Source: Limisphaerales bacterium (lineage in GTDB: Bacteria > Verrucomicrobiota > Verrucomicrobiia > Limisphaerales > UBA11358). Taken from it: a stretch of DNA of 43,527 nt. This document shows, one piece after another, positions 37,558-43,527 of the stretch (its first letter is position 1; each line of letters starts with the position of its first letter). Made by a program: the position numbers and the translations under genes. The DNA lies in contig JAYVCM010000389.1 in assembly GCA_043749955.1 (NCBI GenBank), positions 1 through 43,527 of the forward strand, in the 5' to 3' direction. The notes under the pieces are model-generated. The model made no database searches. It was given only the letters and a program-made list of their open reading frames with translations, and had not been told where the DNA came from.

Positions 37558-38928
37558 ATGAGCAAATCTAAATCGCAATGGAACTTCGGCGAATTGTTCC
37601 CGACGGAGCAGACCCGGCAGGTTTTATCCGTCAGCGATCTGACCTCGCAGATCCGGCGGTTGCTGGAGCAGCGCATCGGCGCGGTGTGGGTGGGCGGCGA
37701 GGTCAGCAATCTCCGCGCGCAATCTTCCGGCCACATTTATTTCACGCTCAAGGACGCGGGTGCGCAGTTGAGCTGCGTGTGTTTTCGGGACGCGGCGCGT
37801 GAGTCGCGCGCGCTGCTGGCGGACGGGCAGCAGGTCATCCTGCAAGGCGATCTCACGGTCTATGAGGTGCGCGGTCAATATCAACTCGTCGTCCGCCAGA
37901 TCGAATTACGCGGCGTGGGCGCGCTGCAAATCGCGTTCGAGAAACTCAAGCTCAACCTCGCGGCGGAAGGACTTTTCGCGCCGGAACGGAAACGGCCGCT
38001 GCCGAAATATCCGCAACGCATCGGCCTGGTCACGTCGCCCACCGGCGCGGCGATCCGCGATGTGCTGCACGTCGTGCAACGGCGGAATCCCGGTTTGGAA
38101 ATCATCCTCGCGCCGTGCCGCGTGCAAGGGCAGGGGGCGGCGGAAGAAATCGTGGCGGCGATCCGGCTGCTGAATGAGTTTAACGTAGGACAGGCGTCGC
38201 GCCTGTCTCCATTTGAAAAAAGTCAGAGACAGGCTGGAAGCCTGTCCTACGTTGATCTGATTCTCCTCACCCGCGGCGGCGGTTCGCTGGAGGATCTGGG
38301 GGCGTTCAACGAGGAGGCCGTGGCGCGGGCGATTTTTGAATCGGCGGTTCCCGTCGTGTCGGCGGTCGGCCATGAGATTGATTTCACCATCAGCGATTTT
38401 GTGGCGGACGTGCGCGCGGCCACGCCGAGTGCGGCGGCGGAGATCATCACCGAGGGCGTCTTCGCCAGCCGACAACTGGTCGGCAGCCTGACGCAGCGCA
38501 TGCTGCGGATGCATCCGCGCCATCTGCTGAACGAGCATCTGCAACGGCTGGACGATTTGCAGGCGGGCTTGCGGCGGCAGACGAAACAGGGCGTGAACGA
38601 GCGGCTCGTGACTTGGAAAAATCTGGCGTCGCGCTTGAAGCAAATGCGTCCGAAGGAATTTTTGAAGCAGCGGCGAGAGGTTTTGAAGGCGACGCAGAAA
38701 CGGCTGGGCGAGCTGGTGCGGGTGCAATTCAAGAACTGCAAAAGTTCGCTGATGGCCACGGAGGCGCGTTTGCGATTGCTGGGGCCGGAGCAGGTTTTGG
38801 CGCGCGGCTACTCCATCACGCTGGACGCGGCGACGGGCAAAGTATTGCGCAACGCGGCCGAATTGAAAGCCGGGCAGCGTTTGAAAACGCGTCTGAAGAA
38901 GGGCGAGGTTTCCAGCCGGGTAGAGTGA
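37558..38928 (+). CDS. xseA: Exodeoxyribonuclease VII large subunit
   Basis: ATG at 37558 (MSKSKSQWNFGELF). OB-fold N-terminus VLSVSDLTSQIRRLLEQRIGAVWVGGEVSNLRAQSSGHIYFTLKDAGAQLSCVCF. Catalytic-domain motifs LLTRGGGSLEDLGAFNEEAVARAI and SAVGHEIDFTISDFVADVRAATPSAAAE. Confidence 0.88.
   Translation: MSKSKSQWNFGELFPTEQTRQVLSVSDLTSQIRRLLEQRIGAVWVGGEVSNLRAQSSGHIYFTLKDAGAQLSCVCFRDAARESRALLADGQQVILQGDLTVYEVRGQYQLVVRQIELRGVGALQIAFEKLKLNLAAEGLFAPERKRPLPKYPQRIGLVTSPTGAAIRDVLHVVQRRNPGLEIILAPCRVQGQGAAEEIVAAIRLLNEFNVGQASRLSPFEKSQRQAGSLSYVDLILLTRGGGSLEDLGAFNEEAVARAIFESAVPVVSAVGHEIDFTISDFVADVRAATPSAAAEIITEGVFASRQLVGSLTQRMLRMHPRHLLNEHLQRLDDLQAGLRRQTKQGVNERLVTWKNLASRLKQMRPKEFLKQRREVLKATQKRLGELVRVQFKNCKSSLMATEARLRLLGPEQVLARGYSITLDAATGKVLRNAAELKAGQRLKTRLKKGEVSSRVE
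38185..38250. repeat. 66-nt double-hairpin palindromic element inserted in frame within xseA
   Basis: GTAGGACAGGC (38185-38195) is the exact reverse complement of GCCTGTCCTAC (38240-38250). GCCTGTCTC (38201-38209) is the exact reverse complement of GAGACAGGC (38226-38234). Each half also folds locally (GACAGGC-GTCGC-GCCTGTC; GACAGGC-TGGAA-GCCTGTC). It encodes VGQASRLSPFEKSQRQAGSLSY, directly before the conserved VDLILLTRGGGS strand. Confidence 0.8.
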
Positions 38929-38936
38929 GCCTGTGG

Positions 38937-41180
38937 TCAGGGCTGGACGATGGCGCGGTAAAATTTTTGCGGCGCGGCCAGATTGGCATCGGTGAACGTG
39001 AAAGGCGATGCGTTCGTGAACTGTCCGATCCAGTTGGCCGGCGCGAGATTCGTGGTGACCTGCACCACATAATTGGAACTGGCGGTGCCCGTGACCAGCA
39101 TCTGGATTTGTCCGGCGCTGTAAACGGCCGCACTCAACACGGCTTTGGTGGCCGGTCCGGCGGCGATGTAAGAAGTGCCGGAAACGGTCACCATGTCGTA
39201 ACGCATGGAGCCAGCGGTGCCATATGTGCCGCTGGCAGCGACATAGTTTGCATTGGCGGTGTTCGCCGCCGTGCTTTCCCACTCGGACATAAAACGGAAC
39301 GCGAAATTGGGATTGTTGTTGACGCCGGAAATACCGGCGAGGCTGTTGGTTTTCACGGAGAAGGTGCCGCCGTTGGTGAACGCCCCGGTAACATCCACGA
39401 AATCGGTTCCGTTGGTCGAATACTGGAGCCGCCCATATTTGCTGCCGGTGCCGGGCGATTCGGAACTCCAACTGATGACGATGTTTTGCTTGCCAGCGGT
39501 GCTGACGGCAAATTGTGCGCCACGCGTCTTGTTGCCCGTTCCCTGTGCCGGATAAGTCGCCGTGTTCCAGCCGGAGTTGTCCGTGGTGCCTGCCGGATCA
39601 AACGTTGTGTCGCCGGTGGCAAATGTGGCGGTCGCGCCCCCGACCAGCGAGGCGGTGCCAGTTCCAAGCGAAGGACTGGAAGTTCCCGTCGTTACGGATG
39701 CATCCGGCGTGACGCTGTTGAAATTCCACTGGGCAAAGGCGACCGGGTTCGTGAAAAGGATGGTCAGGGTTGCCACGGAACTGGTCACGCTGCCCGCGAT
39801 GTTGGTGATGACGACGGAATAATTTCCGGCGTTGGTCGTCTGGACATTGGCAAGGACGAACGGGTTGGTGGTCGCGCCGGAAAGGTTCGTGCCGCCGAGA
39901 CGCCACTGGTAATTCAGCGGCAACGTTCCGCTGGCGGTCACGCTGAAGGTCGCGGTTTGTCCGGCAAGCACGCTTTGACTTTGCGGCTGCGTCGAGATGG
40001 AGGGCGCGGCGTTGGTCACGGTGAGGACGGCGACGGAACTGGTGACGCTGCCCGCGATGTTCGTGATGGTGACAGAATAATTTCCCGCATTCGTGAGTTG
40101 CACATTCGCCAGCGTCAATGGATTGGTCGTCGCACCGGAAAGGTTTGTGCCATTGAAGAGCCATTGATAGTTCAAGGGAGCCGTGCCGGTGACGCCGACG
40201 GTGAACGTGGCGTTGTTGCCGGTGGCGACGCCCTGGCTTTGCGGTTGCGCGGTGATCACCGGGGGATTCGTCGTCGTCGTGCCCCCTGCCGGAATCAAAA
40301 AATCCTTCATCACGGCCATGTGCTGGGCCAGGCCCGAATCGGCGGCTTGCACCGGAACAAAATTCGTCAGCTCGTCCGTGATGTAAACGCGTGAATCAAA
40401 AACCAGCCCGTTGGGATAGGTGAGCGCCGGAAAAAGGGTGGCGGTTTCAAAATTGGTCAATGTCAGACTGGGCAGCACATAGTCATGGGGCGTGCTGCGA
40501 CTGGCACTGGTATTTGAATTGCCGTTCTTGTCCACGGGGATTGGAAAATCCGTCAGATAGCCATTAAAAGTCGTGACGCAAGTTTCCGTGCGGGGGTCGG
40601 CGTTGAAATCGCCCGCCACCACAATCCAGGCGTTGGCCGGAAAATTCGCCTGCATCATGGCTTTCAGGTTGTTCGCTTCCGCCGTTCGGTTGGCGGCGGA
40701 ACTGGTGAGCAGATGCACGCTGACAATGTAAAGATCGTTCGTGCCGGGCAAATCAATCTGCGCCCACGCGAAACCGCGGTTCGGGAACTGTTGAACCGTG
40801 TCTGGCCACGAGGCGTTGGTTAAAATCGGGTAACGGCTGATGATGCCGTTGGGGATGCCGGAAAAATTTTCCCGGTAGTAAACGTAGTTCGTCCCGAAGG
40901 CGGTATCCACCATCTCGCGAAAGGCGGCGGCATTGTTCACGTCCACGCCATTGGTGCTGGTGTAATTAAATTCCTGGATGGCGACCACGTCCGGCTTAAG
41001 CCCTTGAAAGATGCGGATGGCAAACGGCTGGTAGCTTTGCGTGTTGCCGTTCAAGTTCGCCGCCATGACGCGGACGTTGACGTTGCTTTGCGCCCGGGCG
41101 TCGAACGAAACCAGAGCGATCAGAGCAGCGAGGCATAAAGCCCAGACGGCGCGACGGATGAAGTATGACGTGAATTCCAT
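38937..41180 (-). CDS. Secreted endonuclease/exonuclease/phosphatase (EEP)-fold protein with 2 Ig I-set-like domains, an unassigned domain and a C-terminal domain ending FYRAIVQP
   Basis: Signal peptide AVWALCLAALIALVSFDARAQ. EEP motifs VRVMAANLNG, PDVVAIQEFN, IVSVHLL, IVVAGDFNADP and TPHDYVL. Ig repeats contain PLNYQW..GTNLSGATTNP..LANVQ.TNAGNYSV.ITNIAGSVTSSVA.LT. Confidence 0.8.
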   Translation of the reverse strand: MEFTSYFIRRAVWALCLAALIALVSFDARAQSNVNVRVMAANLNGNTQSYQPFAIRIFQGLKPDVVAIQEFNYTSTNGVDVNNAAAFREMVDTAFGTNYVYYRENFSGIPNGIISRYPILTNASWPDTVQQFPNRGFAWAQIDLPGTNDLYIVSVHLLTSSAANRTAEANNLKAMMQANFPANAWIVVAGDFNADPRTETCVTTFNGYLTDFPIPVDKNGNSNTSASRSTPHDYVLPSLTLTNFETATLFPALTYPNGLVFDSRVYITDELTNFVPVQAADSGLAQHMAVMKDFLIPAGGTTTTNPPVITAQPQSQGVATGNNATFTVGVTGTAPLNYQWLFNGTNLSGATTNPLTLANVQLTNAGNYSVTITNIAGSVTSSVAVLTVTNAAPSISTQPQSQSVLAGQTATFSVTASGTLPLNYQWRLGGTNLSGATTNPFVLANVQTTNAGNYSVVITNIAGSVTSSVATLTILFTNPVAFAQWNFNSVTPDASVTTGTSSPSLGTGTASLVGGATATFATGDTTFDPAGTTDNSGWNTATYPAQGTGNKTRGAQFAVSTAGKQNIVISWSSESPGTGSKYGRLQYSTNGTDFVDVTGAFTNGGTFSVKTNSLAGISGVNNNPNFAFRFMSEWESTAANTANANYVAASGTYGTAGSMRYDMVTVSGTSYIAAGPATKAVLSAAVYSAGQIQMLVTGTASSNYVVQVTTNLAPANWIGQFTNASPFTFTDANLAAPQKFYRAIVQP
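39753..40265 (-). repeat. Tandem duplication encoding two Ig-like domains (about 85 aa each)
   Basis: Protein residues about 306-389 and 392-476 are near-identical over long stretches. The corresponding DNA segments are visibly similar (ACGGAACTGGT(C/G)ACGCTGCCCGCGATGTT(G/C)GTGATG...AATAATTTCC). Confidence 0.75.
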
Positions 41181-41299
41181 GTAATAATCCTAGTGCGCAT
41201 ACTTACCCATACATTTCCAAAAACGCAAGCAGCAGTTGCGTGAAAAGCGCGTGACTCCGGGCTGGACGAACCGGCGGAATTATTGTTACTTTCTGGCGA

Positions 41300-41566
41300 A
41301 TGTCTAAAACGGCCAAGGCCGGCGATTCCGCCAAAAGCAGCAGTCTGCCCTTTGAAGAGGCCCTCCAAAAACTGGAAGCCATCGTCGAAACGATGGAGGC
41401 CGGGGAATTGCCATTGGAAACATTGATCGCCCGATACGAAGAGGGCACGCGGCTGGCGAAGGTGTGCCAGGAAAAACTCGCGGAGGCGGAAGTGAAGATC
41501 CAGCAGCTGGAAAAAAACGCGGCGGGCGAAATGAAATTGAAACCGCTCGATTTGGCCGAAGAATGA
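41300..41566 (+). CDS. xseB: Exodeoxyribonuclease VII small subunit
   Basis: 88 aa. FEEALQKLEAIVETMEAGELPLETLIARYEEGTRLAKVCQEKLAEAEVKIQQL is the canonical XseB helical hairpin pattern. Confidence 0.85.
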   Translation: MSKTAKAGDSAKSSSLPFEEALQKLEAIVETMEAGELPLETLIARYEEGTRLAKVCQEKLAEAEVKIQQLEKNAAGEMKLKPLDLAEE

Positions 41567-41625
41567 AGCGTTTTGCGAAGCTGGAACCCCAGACGCAAGA
41601 CCCCAGAACCCAGACCCGATTTTAT

Positions 41626-43527
41626 ATGAGCAGATACCTCGACATGGTGGACGGACCGGCGCACGTCAAAAAACTCACGCCCACGCAACTCGAACAGCTC
41701 GCCGAAGAAATCCGGCAGGAGCTGATCGCCGGCCTCGCCAAGGGCGGCGGCCATCTCGGCCCCAACCTCGGCGTGGTCGAGCTGACCATCGCCTTGCACA
41801 GCGTTTTCACCACGCCCAAGGACAAATTTGTCTGGGACGTGAGTCACCAAGTTTATGTTCACAAGATTTTGACCGGCCGCAAAGACCGTTTCCGCACCAT
41901 CCGCCAGACGGACGGCTTGAACGGCTTCGCGTTGCGCACCGAGAGCGAGCACGATTGTTTCGGCGCGGGTCACGCGGGCACGGCGCTTTCCGCCGCGCTC
42001 GGCATGGCGGCGGCGCGCGACAAGAAGGGCACGGACGAAAATGTCGTCTGCATCTTTGGCGACGCGGCGTTGACCAACGGCATTTCCTTCGAGGCGCTCA
42101 ACAACATCAGCCACACGACGAAGAAATTCATCGGCATCCTCAACGACAACGAGTGGAGCATCGCCAAAAACGTCGGCGCGATCTCCGGCTACCTGAACAA
42201 GCTCATCACCAATCCGTCCTATAACAAGCTGTCGAAGGATTTTGAAAACTTCATCCGCCGCCTGCCCAAAGGCGAACTGGCGCTCAAACTCGCGCACAAG
42301 GCCGAGGAAGGCGTCAAGGGCGTATTGAGCGTTGGTATGCACCAAAAAAATGAAGTCGCTGGCGCAGATGGTCGCGGTGGTTTCGGCAATCCGGTTCTGT
42401 TCGAGGAACTGGGCATCCGCTATCTCGGCCCGATTGACGGCCACAATCTGCCGTTGCTCATCAGCACGCTGGAGTTCGCCAAAACGTGCGATCATCCGAT
42501 TGTTATTCACATTTTGACGCAGAAGGGCAAGGGCTTTGAAGCCGCGCTGAAGTTTCCGGAAAAATTCCACGGCCTCGGTTCTTACGACGCGAAGACCGGC
42601 GAAACGCCCGCGACCAAGCCGGGCACGCCGCCCATGTATCAGGACGTGATGGGCCAGACGATGGTGAAGCTCTGCCAGAAAAATAACACGATTGTCGGCA
42701 TCACCGCCGCGATGCCCACCGGCACCGGCATGAAGCATTTGGAAAAGGCCATGCCCGACCGGTATATTGACGTCGGCATCGCCGAGGAACACGGCGTCAT
42801 CTTCGCCGCCGGCATGGCGACGATGGGTTATCATCCCGTCGTGGCGATTTATTCCACGTTCCTCCAGCGCGCCTACGACTGCATTCATCACGACGTTTGC
42901 TTGCAGGATTTGCCCGTGATTTTCTGCATGGACCGCGCCGGACTTTCGGCGAACGACGGCCCGACGCACCACGGCTTGTTCGACATCGCATACCTGCGCT
43001 GCTTCCCGAACGTCATCGCGATGGCGCCGGCGAACGAGGACGAACTCGCGGATATGATGTTCACCGCCACGCACCAGAATCATCCGACGTTCATCCGCTA
43101 TCCGCGCGGCGCGGCGGAAGGCGTGCCGGTCAAGGACCAGCCGCAACTGCTCGAAATCGGCAAGGCGCAGGTTGTCCAGAATTTTTCGACCAACGGGAAA
43201 AAGAAGGTCGCGCTGTTTGGTCTCGGGCCGATGAACACCATCGCGCGCAAGGCGGCGCAGCAGCTATCCACGGAAGGCTACGATGTCGCCGTCATCAACC
43301 CGCGCTTCACCAAGCCGATTGACGCGGGCACGCACGAATTTTTTGGCAACGCTGCCGACCTCGTCGTCACGCTGGAAGACCATTGCCTGATGGGCGGCTA
43401 CGGCTCGGCGGTGCTGGAACTGTTCAGCGAGAAAAATGTGACGACGCCCGTCGTGCGCATCGGCTGGCCGGACCAGTTCATCGAGCACGCCACCACGCAG
43501 GACGAACTCCGCGCCAAATATGGCCTG
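41626..43527 (+). CDS. dxs: 1-deoxy-D-xylulose-5-phosphate synthase, 3' end beyond the window
   Basis: Not in the ORF track because no stop lies in the window. My manual translation of the first ~190 codons from the ATG at 41626 gives MSRYLDMVDGPAHVKKLTPTQLEQLAEEIRQELIAGLAKGGGHLGPNLGVVELTIALHSVFTTPKDKFVWDVSHQVYVHKILTGR, GAGHAGTALSAALGMA and IFGDAALTNGISFEALNN (TPP-binding). Beyond that point I did not translate codon by codon; the same frame carries the near-C-terminal ...ELRAKYGL at the window end, about 634 codons if uninterrupted. The long antisense ORF 41203..43146 is its mirror image. Confidence 0.88.
   Translation, partial: MSRYLDMVDGPAHVKKLTPTQLEQLAEEIRQELIAGLAKGGGHLGPNLGVVELTIALHSVFTTPKDKFVWDVSHQVYVHKILTGRKDRFRTIRQTDGLNGFALRTESEHDCFGAGHAGTALSAALGMAAARDKKGTDENVVCIFGDAALTNGISFEALNNISHTTKKFIGILNDNEWSIAKNVGAISGYLNKLITNPSYNKLSKDFENFIRRLPKGELALKLAHKAEEGVKGVLSVGMHQKNEVAGADGRGGFGNPVLFEELGIRYLGPIDGHNLPLLISTLEFAKTCDHPIVIHILTQKGKGFEAALKFPEKFHGLGSYDAKTGETPATKPGTPPMYQDVMGQTMVKLCQKNNTIVGITAAMPTGTGMKHLEKAMPDRYIDVGIAEEHGVIFAAGMATMGYHPVVAIYSTFLQRAYDCIHHDVCLQDLPVIFCMDRAGLSANDGPTHHGLFDIAYLRCFPNVIAMAPANEDELADMMFTATHQNHPTFIRYPRGAAEGVPVKDQPQLLEIGKAQVVQNFSTNGKKKVALFGLGPMNTIARKAAQQLSTEGYDVAVINPRFTKPIDAGTHEFFGNAADLVVTLEDHCLMGGYGSAVLELFSEKNVTTPVVRIGWPDQFIEHATTQDELRAKYGL

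Noticed and set aside
38929-38936. Terminator between the convergent xseA and EEP genes
   Set aside because: Only 8 nt separate the two stops. The nearby GCCTG...CAGGGC pairing is imperfect and lacks a T-tract.
41567-41625. CCCAGA(A/C) short repeats in the xseB-dxs spacer, and a possible TPP riboswitch before dxs
   Set aside because: There are only three imperfect 6-7-nt copies. The spacer (59 nt) is too short for a THI-box, and no CUGAGA-type core is present.
41203-43146. 647-aa minus-strand ORF, and similar long antisense ORFs (for example 16251..18080, 10125..11465, 28997..30223, 31350..32819, 37906..39471 on minus; 38613..40394 on plus)
   Set aside because: Each lies exactly opposite a gene with strong family motifs. 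Their translations are Arg/Gly/His/Ala-rich low-complexity sequence with no recognisable domains. This is the expected shadow-ORF effect of GC-rich third codon positions.

Overview
High-GC window, probably from a Verrucomicrobiota-type genome. That guess is inference from autotransporter-associated beta-strand (PATR) repeat proteins, Tat/Sec/lipoprotein-exported glycosidases and start codons without Shine-Dalgarno motifs. Positions 1-34169 hold one co-directional, tightly packed block of 18 carbohydrate-active-enzyme genes. It starts with two giant surface proteins: a lectin/FN3/PATR protein and a PL4 rhamnogalacturonan lyase-FN3-PATR fusion. These are followed by four GH29 fucosidases, two GH27, GH53, GH35, two GH2, two GH43 plus one GH43-like propeller, a possible GH50-like lipoprotein, an SGNH esterase and a CE1-like esterase. 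I recognise no transporter, SusC/D pair, sulfatase or intact regulator in the block. The only regulator is a decayed LacI-family pseudogene (34184-35200) that contains a 101-nt nested palindromic element. Next comes a small integrative module (35201-37517): an Xis-like hypothetical, an AlpA-like HTH protein and a tyrosine integrase. It ends at a 3' fragment of a tRNA-Ser/Sec-type gene. The integrase ORF has no stop codon and runs in frame into xseA. Housekeeping genes follow: xseA (carrying an in-frame 66-nt double-hairpin insertion), a convergent secreted EEP-nuclease/phosphatase-like protein with two Ig domains, xseB, and dxs (3'-truncated by the window edge). The points most worth follow-up are whether the whole CAZyme cluster is cargo of the tRNA-targeting element, the int-xseA read-through, the palindromic repeats inside genes, a shared C-terminal domain on three secreted proteins, and Gly/Arg-rich insertions in several enzymes. 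All family assignments come from motif recognition by eye, not database searches.
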